A stretch of 64,000 bases of DNA from Nemertoderma westbladi (Eukaryota; Animalia; Xenacoelomorpha), in NCBI GenBank assembly GCA_032718475.1, contig JAUCBJ010009018.1, forward strand, positions 1 to 64,000, written 5' to 3'. Below are positions 12,901-23,399 of this stretch, one piece after another. Positions within the stretch are counted from its first letter, which is position 1; every line of letters begins with the position of its first letter. The translations under genes and the position numbers were made by a program. The notes under the pieces were generated by a model that saw nothing but the letters and a program-made list of their open reading frames with translations, did not search any database and was not told the origin of the DNA.

Positions 12901-14109
12901 TGTAGGGAGTCTTGTGACCTGAATAATTTGTTCTGTGGGTTCTGTATTACCTAAGTCTGTGCTAGCTAGTTGTCTTCTGACCGCTGGGGGCAAATCAGGC
13001 AGTTTATGACGGTGAGATGTTTTTCTACGCCTGCTTAGACGAGATCTATTTCCTCCGCCTTCAGGATCGGTGGTCTCGCCTTCCTCCGAGGATGTGTATC
13101 CCTGGCGCTTGGGAGTAGATCGACTCATCATCTGCATTTGATTAGCAGTAAACTGTTTATTTATACTGTCTTGCGTCTCTTGCAGATTTTCCAACTCCAG
13201 TTGGATAGTCTCATCAGAAGCTCTCCGTTCTGCTTCTGCCACTGCTGCTTTTCTTTCTGCTTCTGCTTCTGCCGCCGCTGCTTTTCTTTCGGCTTCTGTT
13301 TCTGCCGCCGCTGCTTTTCTTTCGGCTTCTGCTTCTGCCGCCGCTGCTGCTGCCACCTTTCTTTTCTCTATCCGTTCTTTCTTTACTTGTTCTTCTCGGA
13401 CTCTAATGAGGCGGAGTTTTTCATCACATTCAGCTTGGTTTGCAGCTAACATTTCCGCATCGATTGCGTCCAACACAAGCTTGGTTCCTTCACTATTAGG
13501 GCGAAGTCCAGACAGCCGTCTCCTCAACTCTTCGTCTCCTAGGAATCGCTGATAGTCGGACAAATAAATGTCGATAGCGTCTCTAGTTCGCGGCTTCTCT
13601 GCTGATGTTAATTCGCTTTCCACTTCGCTTTCCACCTCGCTTTCCACTTCGCTTTCCACCTCACTTTCCACTTCGCTTTCCACCTCACTTTCCACTTGAG
13701 AAGAAGTGGCGTCGGTTGATTCTTCATAGGTTGGCCGCTCATCATAAACCGTATCCGCCATCTTCGCTCCGCGTTCGGGCGTCCGCTCAACAGTATCCGA
13801 ACTACTGGAGCTATCGGGCCGCTGAGAACTAGGTTCTTGGCTAGGAGGTTGCTGCTGTTTTATAGCTTCTTCTTGATCCCGCTTGACTTGGGCCCGAGTG
13901 CCTATGGCAGACCAACGGCGCTTCACTAACTTCGCAAATTGCGAAATCTTTTCTACCAACCTAGGTTCTGACACAACCACTGCAGGAGTTGCCCTTCTTA
14001 CAGTATGAGGGGTTTCAGACCTCGGTCTGGGATTCTCTACACTTTGATCTGAGAAACAGGCTGTTGTTTCTAGGAGACTATCTGACAGAGTTTGCCTTGT
14101 GTCAGCCAT
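9940..14109 (-). CDS. gag: Gag-protease polyprotein of element A with short pol remnants (1389 aa)
   Basis: Open frame. CALCDGPHRLSAC, CYNCLRSGHQRRTC and CAKCDAKHHILLH are the BEL/Pao Gag knuckles; ALLDSGS is the aspartic protease. Ends with the NPADIASRG and RLCLLE pol remnants. Confidence 0.9.
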   Translation of the reverse strand: MADTRQTLSDSLLETTACFSDQSVENPRPRSETPHTVRRATPAVVVSEPRLVEKISQFAKLVKRRWSAIGTRAQVKRDQEEAIKQQQPPSQEPSSQRPDSSSSSDTVERTPERGAKMADTVYDERPTYEESTDATSSQVESEVESEVESEVESEVESEVESEVESELTSAEKPRTRDAIDIYLSDYQRFLGDEELRRRLSGLRPNSEGTKLVLDAIDAEMLAANQAECDEKLRLIRVREEQVKKERIEKRKVAAAAAAEAEAERKAAAAETEAERKAAAAEAEAERKAAVAEAERRASDETIQLELENLQETQDSINKQFTANQMQMMSRSTPKRQGYTSSEEGETTDPEGGGNRSRLSRRRKTSHRHKLPDLPPAVRRQLASTDLGNTEPTEQIIQVTRLPTIVDEPEIIRPVVPKVTSVLETPVLPELNSKFPLHSTTLPVPGGTVHANTPVLSIERGIKDLSPVVPRQPATMLATPASAVEWVEEGRRGMNLLLGQMQETVHQLKGTVREGRAELQEVQQSIALERDKLVNIQKGIPIPPVTLCQPVRSEVLHAQGVEPTRIYTASEVETPIANPIKGDYRPVINDIPYRPDNDPRTLYTDNSILNNTMAQESFTRQMARTEARQAVKVGEIVKFNGDEMKWLPFNEYYKDSIQNSVLSNGEKLRFLIKCLEGPPKLMALKFIGHPDGLRQVWDTLNIRYGNKDNIAKYLYAKLVAPRHFLSSGIIEFSDEIQEICRQLDWLGKLHEYQSSMVIGAVVSTLPKGGVCTRWDKKVLYMNEQQRRSPTMADLMSFLDGEVKLQLIKQAREKTSENKVSEKPVSRRRIIPVCYTDDGESQASQEEDSGKDTAKSYYDNKTYKDVSKYKSRISDRREQVTTTPPTSPKRIHGRKPEERTRVHNVTQGKVSNIKPKCALCDGPHRLSACAEFLKKSPVDRRTVLWNKRLCYNCLRSGHQRRTCYSDVKCAKCDAKHHILLHSEFERDNPSQVSEPELHVQFSDVNGTDRGSGWEGFYTDEFSDAGESCYLINTTVYRALTDEKDTDEFTPTPFDKQPSWKVPTSNIGIREFPVVQVRVHGPNKSYIVNALLDSGSTGTFIDQELAEDIFAGQPKFRTKLNMSGIMQVWKSTLTADYYVGVLSTPQDKLGTQGIRSVKMVAIKNFATTQAEPYNWDEDECIQHLEIPRFQTDYPGVQILIGQNAHEALEPLEKRPAQPQPLQTYAVRTRVGWYFTGPSRRTLKERLPQQQVYQVKGEVESSDVDDPTEGTPYSSDNDDINSNVDQWRHCLGTINPADIASRGATPQELIDTPGWLGGSDSLSKEEEEWPPHLTTAESRQAKGAEKVPQQLNRPASRLCLLERDRKLSGNYGRQDTLPTTTSLIRQISRDSIT

Positions 14110-15489
14110 GTTTGATTGTACAGTCGAATGCCTACTGCTATATTACAGTTAAAGCAAGTCTAGTAATTCAGTATCACTGTTAGCCTAATAATTAATTACC
14201 GATACTGCTACTCAGTGTAGCGTGATATATATATAATATATTAGAATACCGGTATGCTTATAATATATATATAAGTATTATTACAGACTAGATTTGTCAC
14301 AGAGTACCGGTATATAATTTTAGCACAAATATATATAAATATATAATAGGCCTATCGTGAATACCGGTATACAGCCTACACTTATAGTATATAAGTATAA
14401 TTCTGGACTATAATTAATTACAGAGTACCGGTATGATTTCAGCTCAAATTTATAGAAATAAATATAATAAGCCTATGGTAAATACCGGTATGTCAATTAT
14501 TTTAGAATAATTGAATTTCTGAATATTTTAGGGTTACTTGGTTACTTTAACTTACTTTATTACCGTTATTTAAGCAGCAGTCCAACTGATATTGAGACCT
14601 AGTTGTTGTATGGCAGGCCTACTATTTATAAATCGTTTGAGTTGATTTATAATAGATATATACCCGTTTAAATGGGTTTTTGTCAATATTTGAAATAAAT
14701 GTTATTATTTCTGGGGGAGTCACTACACAGAAGCTGAACGCCTCTCAGTGAAGTGCTATTTATTTGACACTAAAACTGATAATTCTAATTTACCTAAGTT
14801 ACTTAATACTACAAATTACTTACGATATGGGTGAGATTAATTCCCTAATTAAACACAACAAAATATTACGTACGAAATTTTTAGGGTAATTTTACAGGAA
14901 GTCTACAAACCAGTCCAACAAAGGGTTAGAATTCTGGTTATTACTGTATTACAACGGACAGGGTACTACGGTATTTGAAATAATAAGTAGTAGTAAATAT
15001 ATTGTACTGTCCAGATAGGAAAATACCACCGCCTGACGACCTATAACCGTATCGCTATAGGTACTACGTTATGTATCACGGATTGTTCCTACCCAGAAGC
15101 TAATAGAGCTAACGAATGTGCCTATCAACCACTTTACAACACAAATATACTGCCTACACTAATTACTTCGGAAAGCACTGTACACTAAACCCTAAATTAG
15201 GTACAAGTACCGGTATAACAAATAATCAGTAGTTAAATATACTTGAACAGTTAAAAGAACCACGGCATCTGCTGGAGTGACCGAAGCACAAAGTCGTCAG
15301 TCTTTACCTACGCCAAGCAGCCCTGATGTAGTACCGGGGTTAGTTTAACTATAACGGTATGTGTAACAAACACAATTACTGTAGGAATAAACTTGGGGAC
15401 ATGAATGTTGCGAATAATCGCATAAACTCTGAATAATAAATATTACGCTACCCGCACAGAACACTCAAACAAATACAAACCAAAACGCT

Positions 15490-16000
15490 GGCAGACTACT
15501 ATCAAGCCTAAACAAACTACAGTATGTGCAGATTCTGAAACTGTTAGTTAGTATGCGTTCTAACACGGTAGTACGACTTACTCTTTAAGAGGGGATTGAC
15601 CTTACCGCTTATGGCTGCCCCAACTTACTAACGGCACTTGATCAGACCAACTCTACACACGCAGCAATCCCTTCAGACCTAAAAATAGCTAGACAACAAT
15701 CCAGCCTACAAATATTTGAGTAATAACTATTACGGTACCTGAACAGACCACACAAACAAACACAGGCTAAAACACTGGCAGACTACGATCAAGCCTAAAT
15801 AAACTACAGTATATGCAGACTCTGAAACTGTTAGTTAGTATGCGTTCTAACACGGTAGTACGACTTATTCTTTAAGAGGGGATTGACCTTCAGCATATGG
15901 CTGCCCCAACTTACTAACGGCACTTTATCAGACAAACTCTACACACGCCGTAATCTCTCCAAACTCAACAACAGTCAGACAGCAGCTCAGCCTACAACTA
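15490..16000 (-). repeat. Tandem direct repeat (about 285-bp period) in the 5' leader of element A
   Basis: GGCAGACTAC...GTTAGTTAGTATGCGTTCTAACACGGTAGTACGACTTA...GGCTGCCCCAACTTACTAACGGCAC occurs twice. Confidence 0.85.
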
Positions 16001-16433
16001 TCTGAACAATCTGAGCAGGGTCACACGCCTTCTGCTCAATATTAGCCTACTAGGAAATAAAACCGACAGAAATAGGTAAAATCTCAATAAAAATTCAGGG
16101 CTGCAGTCCCTGATTAAGTACTAAGACCCACCAGTATACAATAATCAAATCGAATAATACTAAATGTACTTGTACAGCAGTACCGGTACCGGTGATGACA
16201 GTTAGGCCTACTGACCTACAAAGTACCGGTTCAGTTTTACCAGTCACTACGGTATTTTGCAACCTTATTGCCTACTGCAATAAGATTATAAACTGTTACT
16301 GTTCGACAGAACAGTATTAAACTGTATTTAATGCTTACACTGCAATACAAAGTAACTGTTACTGTTCGACAGAACAGTATTAAACTGTATTTAATGCCTA
16401 CACTTGCAACCTTATTGCCTACTGCAATAAGAT

Positions 16434-16445
16434 TATAACTGTTAC
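16434..16445 (-). promoter_or_regulatory. Non-tRNA primer-binding-site position of element A (GTAACAGTTATA), complementary to LTR 17187-17198
   Basis: Lies immediately 3' of the 5' LTR on minus, has no TGG, and is a perfect 12-nt complement of an LTR-internal site. Confidence 0.75.
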
Positions 16446-17679
16446 TGTTCGCGCTTTTGAAGACCTTTAGCAGTTTAACCTGCCAAAATTTATATGTCTT
16501 TTAGTTAATTAACACACCTTTAGCATACGACAATATTTTATGCTAATACGCAAAACATTAGCCGAAGCCAGCCCATGCGCGATCATTCACCCGATGGATC
16601 TACACCCGGGAGGCTGAATTCGGATGCTTAGATTTTATTATTGCAGTGTAAGGTTGCAGTGTAAACCTATTGTATTATTCGCTAGATCATTAATATGTAA
16701 TTTCTGACAGATATTATTAACTTTCGGGAAATATTAACAGTTCCTTTAGGACGTGGCGCTCTATCTATTTAAACAGAGCTGGGACTTATACTAAACGCAA
16801 CGATAAGGCTTATGATTAAAGTATAAGTCGCATTCTTTAGGAAATGCTTTGTTACCAGTCACATCACACTCACAATCATGCACACTATTCTGCCGACTGT
16901 CAGTATATTTGATCACACATAAAGAGAACAGCAATTGACTCAGGTAGTGTCTACTAAATAACATTAGATTCAATACACACCACATTGATATAAATCGCAA
17001 TTGTTATATATAGCCCGCCTCTCTAACCTGTAGTGTATCAAGAAAATTGGGAATTTTGGGTGATTTATCCGTATTCTCCAAAGAGCAATATTTCCATCAA
17101 CAAATAGATACAATTAATAACTGACGGTAAATAGCAGTACAAACAATATGATTAGTGCAGTTAAATTAAGTGAGGTAACACCGCCGGTAACAGTTATACT
17201 TTCTATAATCTAAGCAGTTTTACTAGAGTTCTTCCCAAAAAGCCGGTGTTTCTGGCTTAGACAGCAATAACAACAAAGTATCAAGTAAGGCAGTAAGACT
17301 GAACACTCTCCTTATGATCGGCTGAAAAGCTACACGTCGACAGGAAAAATCGCTCTGATTGGCTCAAGCCAAACAAAGAACTATGCGTCCAATGGCTGTT
17401 TCCATGTCAGCAACCAGCTGTTAGATGTCGTAATATGAATCATCACGGCTAAGCTGTGAAAGGTAGTTGGTGCATTACAGGTTTTTTGCCTTACCATGTC
17501 CGCCAAAACACGTATATAGCAGAATGACTTTTATGTCCGTTAAAACACCTGTAACGGTACCTTGCGGGCGAGGGGAATATATATACAGTTAGAGAACCTT
17601 TTTAGAGTATTCCAGCGCCTGGGGGGAAACTGGATTGCGAAGCAAAAGGGGCCAGTTATATCCCACAGAAGCTTTTACA
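16446..17679 (-). repeat. 5' LTR of element A
   Basis: Direct repeat of 5552-6785 with TG...CA termini. Confidence 0.95.
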
Positions 17680-17900
17680 GATTGTTTTCGGCAGGAACCC
17701 AGTTCAAGAAGCGAACTGGAAACCTATGGACTCATAGTGGACCCAGTGGTCACATTTCCCAGATAGACCATATTCTGTTTCGTAGGAAATACAGGAACTC
17801 TATACAAGACTGTAATGATTTACACTTCGACCCTTCTCCAGTGATCACCGCCTTATTGTGGCCAAGGTAAGACTTAGTCTGCGTGCTAGCAGAACAACGA
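17680..17900 (+). mobile_element. LINE apurinic-endonuclease fragment, right half
   Basis: TQFKKRTGNLWTH...SQIDHIL...SDHRLIVAKVRLSLR are APE C-terminal motifs, with a frameshift. Confidence 0.75.
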
Positions 17901-17968
17901 AATCTGCCTTGCCGCGACATCTTGTCCTCTCTGTTGCAACAGCCAAGTGTGAGATCCAAGTGCCAAGG

Positions 17969-18837
17969 GTGCGGGTCGATTCGCCCCTTGACCTTACGCC
18001 CCACATTTTAGGGGCATATGGACCTGGGGCGAATCGACATGGACAGTCGACTGATTCGCCCCACCTTCCAAGTCCATTCGCCCCAGATGATATTATTGAA
18101 TGTTTTACTAAATATTCTTTTTAGGTACAATGATATTACATAGAAAGTGCAATATTGAAATCTTGAACACCAGAACACACATTCGATTACGCGTAATATT
18201 TTTTAGACCTTCAATCTAATAAATTACAGTATAAATCTCGTTACAAACACTTTTGGACCTCAATTGCGCGTAATATTTTCTCAAGATCTTATAATGTATA
18301 TTTTTAATCCAACATATGGAACATATTTGATTAGACTCTATAAAAACTGAATACAACAAAATAAGTAAATAAAATACAATACTGTGCACTACTTATAATG
18401 TGAAACAAATTGATAGGTAAATCAAGCAAATCTAAATGTTGTTTCTGTCTACTTTCCTTTTAAGCATCATTAAGGCGATATTGAATCACGTGACTCACAT
18501 GCAACAGTGACAACTCTCATGATAGGCAACTCTTGTGGCTCGGCAAGGGTTCGAACCCGCGGGACCTAGAAGCATACGTAATGAATTACATGTGAATGAA
18601 ATTGATATGGTGAACCTCTGAGTCATGATCTATGGTACTTCTGAACTTTCTAATATTCTACCTAAAAAGAATATTAGTAAAACATTCAATAATATCACCT
18701 GGAGCGAATTGACTTAGAAGGTGGGGCGATTCGGTCAACTGTCCAAACCGATTCGCGCCAGGTCCATATGCATGCCCCTAAAATGAAGGGCGAATCGACT
18801 TTGGGCGAAAAGGTCGAGGGGCGAATCGACCCGCAGA
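17969..18837. mobile_element. Non-autonomous DNA transposon with long TIRs
   Basis: TGCGGGTCGATTCGCCCC mirrors GGGGCGAATCGACCCGCA. The inversion continues inward to GATATTATTGAATGTTTTACTAA (about 18090) and its complement (about 18675). Confidence 0.75.
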
Positions 18838-18849
18838 TAATGAGTCTGA

Positions 18850-19380
18850 TCTCCAGAAGATGCTCGATTGACTTTGGTGTAAAACTTGATGCATGGAAAT
18901 CAACAACATTAAATCGGAGTTTGTGTACTACCGTCCTACACAGCAAACACGTACAAACAATAACTTTTCGGTTTGAAGCATGAATCTGAACGTTGTTTCT
19001 TCATACAGATATCTGAGTTTGGTTCGATGAACACTTAAAATTTGAAAAGCAACGGAGCTGCTAGCAAAGTCGGTTCTAAGGGCACTCGGGGCATTATACT
19101 TTAAATCTAGATCACCAAATGGATTTAGCATGAAACCTTTACAAGTCGACTTGATTTTTGTGTATCGCCGATACTCACCATGGATCAGCTCAGCTGTCTG
19201 GGGGATGCACGCAACAAGCACAGCACTAAACATTCTAGAACAGGTTCAACTGAAAGCGCAACGGTGGTTCCTTGGGACATCGAGTCTGTCCGAATGCAGC
19301 TGTGAGAGGAGAAATGGGATGGAAATCATAAGAAGCACCGGCAAATTTTAGAAGCCGTTCGATACTGGAATATGATTTTA
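18850..19380 (+). mobile_element. Degenerate LINE (CR1/L2-group-like) RT C-terminal fragment
   Basis: Broken frame containing YRYL, SSAVWG and LEQVQLKAQRWFLG segments. Confidence 0.4.
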
Positions 19381-19629
19381 GATATGGACAGAACTAGACT
19401 TATGTGCCCTGTGCAGTTATGGAATTGAGATTGAGGAACATTTCCTACTTATACTGTATGTCCCGCTTTACAATAATCCCGAGAATCATATTAACAGAGC
19501 GCGTTCAGCCATTGATAATAATATTTTCAACCAATAATGCCTTCAACAACAATGCTGTAGATTGAATTGAAGATCCCGCTAAAAAGGTTGTACTTTTATT
19601 ACCAGTATTATTTAGCCAATCAAAGTAAA

Positions 19630-19890
19630 GTTAGTAAGTCGTTCGCACGAGTTACTAAGTCGTTCGCACGACTTAGTAAGTCGTTCGCACGACTTACTAA
19701 GTCGTTCACACGACTTAGTAAGTCGTTCGCACGAGTTAGTTAAGTCGTTCGCATGAGTTAGTAAGTCGTTCGCACTACTTAGTATGTCGTTCGCACGAGT
19801 TAGTTAAGTCGTTCGCACGAGTTAGTTAATTCGTTCGCACGATTTAGTAAGTCGTTCGCACGACATACTAAGTCATTCGCACGAGTTAGA
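19630..19890. repeat. Minisatellite, about 12 copies of a 21-22-bp unit (AGTAAGTCGTTCGCACGACTT), probably a transposon subterminal repeat
   Basis: Contiguous units with no spacers, followed by ...GTCCCTTTAGGGGCTCCGTA, a transposon-like terminus. Confidence 0.85.
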
Positions 19891-19987
19891 GAACACTTTT
19901 TTTTCCTCATGTCCCTTTAGGGGCTCCGTACTACGGAGCCCCTAAATTTCCACATATATTTAAACATTTAACTAATAATTTACCGGA

Positions 19988-20038
19988 TCAACCTCACCAA
20001 GTCGGAACTCTTCTTTCTCGAGGAGGAATCTCCGGAGT
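19988..20038 (+). mobile_element. CRE-like non-LTR retrotransposon fragment, left half (split by element B)
   Basis: Reads in frame across the GGAGT TSD: INLTKSELFFLEEESPE|FHLSILRRFDEVCKGIKVHPLEDMKILGAPIG. Confidence 0.65.
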
Positions 20039-21214
20039 TGTAAAAGCTTTTGCGTCATTAACCGGTTATTTTCCCTTAAAGTACTCTGTAGTTGGTTTGC
20101 CAGGCATAAAAAGGCCATGTCCTTGCTTTACTGGTGTTTTAGAGGACATAAAAGTCATTTCTTCTGTATTTGTACTGTATTTGTACTTTAGAGGACATAA
20201 TCCGTAATCTCGTGACGCGATAAGCTAGATACTCTTGAAAACAGTGTCGCTACCATGACGACGGCTAACAGCTGATATTGCCACGTCGACGTTTCTTTGT
20301 TTCTTTGTTCTCTCGTTGTTCGGTTGACCAATCAGAGCGTTTTTTGTCTCTGTGTTGGAGGTGTATACAGAACTCAGTAGTTCAGTGTTTATGTTTTTGC
20401 TAGAGCCTAAGAACATCGGCCTTTGGCACCTACGTATATCAGCATTCTTTAGCTTTACATTAGTAGGCTTAATTATAGAACGTATATCTGTTATCGAAAC
20501 ATACTAACCACAAGTTAACTCATTCACTTAATAATCATTTATACATTAATATTACTGCTTTTACTGTCGGTTATTCATTATATTGGTTGATGAAATATTA
20601 TATCGGAATACTGATCAATAGTCAGACACCCCACCTTCTTGATATACTAAAGGTTAGAGAGACCGGTTACAGATAAACGATTGCGACCTATGTTGAGTGG
20701 TTTGAAGTGAATCTAATGCTATTTCATATGCCCAACATAAATTGTCTGTTGCTCTCTTTATACGTGACTAAATTTAGTGAAGGTCGGCAGATTAGTGTGC
20801 AGTATTGTGCAGCATTGTGTATGAGTGTAACTGATAACAAAGCATCTCCTAAAGAATGTGCCATATACGTTAATCTATAGCCTTTTCGTTGTGTCTAGTT
20901 TAAGTCATAACTCTGTTTACATATTTAGAGTGCCACGTCCTAAAGGAACTGTTAATATTTCCCGAAAGTGAATAATATTGGTCAGAGATTATATATTACG
21001 ATCAGTCGAATAATACGGTAGGCTTACACTATCAATCATTAAGCTCCGAACTCAGTCTCCCGGGTATATCCAACGGGTGAATGATTGCGCATAGACTGGC
21101 TTCGGCTAATGTAGTGTATCAAATACTCGTCATAAAGCTAAAGAATATATATCATCTAAAAGACATTCTAATTTTGGCAGGTTAAACTGTCAAAGGTCTT
21201 CAAAAGCGCAAACA
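20039..21214 (+). repeat. 5' LTR of element B
   Basis: TGTAAAAGC...GCAAACA. About 8 differences from the 3' LTR by eye. Confidence 0.95.
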
Positions 21215-21225
21215 ATAACAGATAT
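21215..21225 (+). promoter_or_regulatory. Non-tRNA primer-binding-site position of element B (ATAACAGATAT), complementary to LTR 20484-20494
   Basis: Abuts the LTR terminal CA, has no TGG, and is a perfect 11-nt complement of ATATCTGTTAT inside the 5' LTR. Confidence 0.75.
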
Positions 21226-21567
21226 TGCTTCTGGATTGCGGTGTAAGCAATCTAGTCGAAAGTACCGGTCGACCGGTAACCAGTAGGCCTGACTGCCTGA
21301 TCATCCGGACCGGTACTTACTTACAGTACAGGTACAGCAGTATTATTCGATTGTGGTATTGTATACCGGTAGGCTGTTTAAGAGATTAGGGACTGTACAC
21401 CCCTTGTTTCTTTTGGAGCTTATTTATTTCTGTCAGTTTTATTTATTTGTAGGCCAGTATTGAGCAGAAGGCGTGTAAGCCTGCTCAGATTGTACAGCTA
21501 ATTTGTAGGCTTGACTGTTGGCTAACTGTTGATTAGGTCTGAACGGATTGCAGTGCCTGTAGAGTGT

Positions 21568-22060
21568 ATGTCCGATAAAGAACGGTTAGGAAGTAGGGGC
21601 AGCCATAGCTGTAAGGTAAACCCCCATCTAAAGAATAAGTCGTACTACTGGGTTAGAACGCATACTACTTAACCATTTCGGAGTCTGCATGTCCTGTGGT
21701 TTATTTAGGCTTGATAGTAGTCTGCCATCGTTTGGTCTGTACTCTGTTTGTGTAGTCTGTACGGGTAGCGTATAATTTTATTTAGATAATTTGTAGGCTG
21801 GATAGTTGTCTGGCTGCTGTTGTGTTTGAGGAAATTTCGGTGTGTATAAAGCATCTGTCCGATAAAGAACGGTTAGGAAGTAGGGGCAGCCATAGCTGTA
21901 AGGTAAACCCCCATCTAAAGAATAAGTCGTACTACTGGGTTAGAACGCATACTACTTAACCATTTCGGAGTCTGCATATACCGTAGTTTGTTTAGGCTTG
22001 ATAGTAGTCTGTCAGTATTTGGTCTGCATTTTGTTTGAGTAGTTTGTACGCGTAGCGTAA
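21568..22060 (+). repeat. Tandem direct repeat (about 288-bp period) in the 5' leader of element B
   Basis: TGTCCGATAAAGAACGGTTAGGAAG...CGGAGTCTGCAT (about 120 bp) is identical at about 21568 and about 21856. Confidence 0.9.
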
Positions 22061-23399
22061 TATTTATTATTCAGAGTTTATGCTATTATTCGCAACATTC
22101 ATATCCCCAAGTTTATTCCTACAGTAATTGTGTTTGTTATACATACCGTTATAGTTAAACTAACCCCGGTACTATACGGGCTGCTTGGCGTAGGTAAAGA
22201 CTGGTGATTTTGTGCACCGGTCACTCCAGCAGATACCGTGGTTCTTTTGGCTGTTCAAGTATTTTTAACTACTAATTATTTGTTATACAAGTACTTGTAC
22301 CTAATTTAGGGTTTAGTGTACAGTGCTTTCCGAAAGCAATTAGTGTGTAGGCAGTGTATTTGTGTTGTAAAGTGGTTAATAGGCACGTTGGTTCTGGTAG
22401 ACCGCGGTAATTAACTTCTAGGTAGGGACACTCCGTGATACATAACGTAGTACCTATAGCGATACGGTTATAGGTCGTCAGGCGGTGGTATTTTCCTATC
22501 TGGACAGCGCAGTATATTTACTACTACTTATTATTTTCAAATACCGTAGTAACCTGTCCGTTGTAATAACCAGATATTCTAACCCTTTGTTAGGCTGGTT
22601 AGTAGACTTCTTGTAAAATTACCCTAAAAATTTGTATTTGTGTATTTGTAATTAAATTTTTGTGTTTATTTAGAGATTGTAATCTCAACCCGAATTGTAC
22701 GTAATTTGTAGTATTAAGTAACTTAGGTAAATTAGAATTATTTGTTTTAGTGTCCAACAAGTAGCACTCCACTGAGAGCGCACAGCTTATGTGTAGTGAC
22801 TCCCCCAGAAATAATAACATTTATTTCAAACATTGACAAAACCCATTAAACGGGTATATATATATTATAAATCAACTCAAACGATTTATAAATAGTAGGC
22901 CTGCCATATAACAATTAGGTCTCAATATCAGTTGGACTACTGCTTGAATAACGGTAATAAAGTAAGTTAAAGTAACCAAGTAACCCTTAAAATTCAGAAA
23001 TTCAATTATTTAAAATAATTGATATACCGGTATTTACGATAGGCCTATTATATATTTATATACTTGTGCTGAAATCATACCGGTATTCTGTAATTAATTC
23101 TAGTCTGTAATTATACTTATATATATACATTATAAGTGTAAACTGCATACCGGTATCCACGATAGGCCTATTATATATTTATATATATTTGTGCTAAAAT
23201 TATATACCGGTTTCTGTGAAAAACCTAGTCTGTAATAATACTTATATATACCATAAGCATACCGGTATACTAATATATTATATATCACGCTACACTGAGT
23301 AGCAGTATCGGTAATTAATTACTAGGCTAGCAGTTAATACTGAATTACTAGACTTACTTAGACTGTAATAGCAGTAGACATTCAACTGTGTAAACAAAC

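Larger units (their letters stand above)
5552..17679 (-). mobile_element. BEL/Pao LTR retrotransposon, element A (non-autonomous, internally deleted)
   Basis: Direct 1234-bp LTRs (TGTAAAAGC...GCGAACA on minus). TSD GATTG at 5547-5551 and 17680-17684. Triple Gag zinc knuckle and protease present; RT, RNaseH and IN deleted relative to element B. Confidence 0.95.

Noticed and set aside
18535-18570. tRNA gene
   Set aside because: Only a B-box-like GGTTCGAACC is visible and no cloverleaf can be built. At most a SINE relic.
19630-19890. CRISPR-like repeat array
   Set aside because: Units are contiguous with no unique spacers, there are no cas genes, and the context is eukaryotic. It is a minisatellite.
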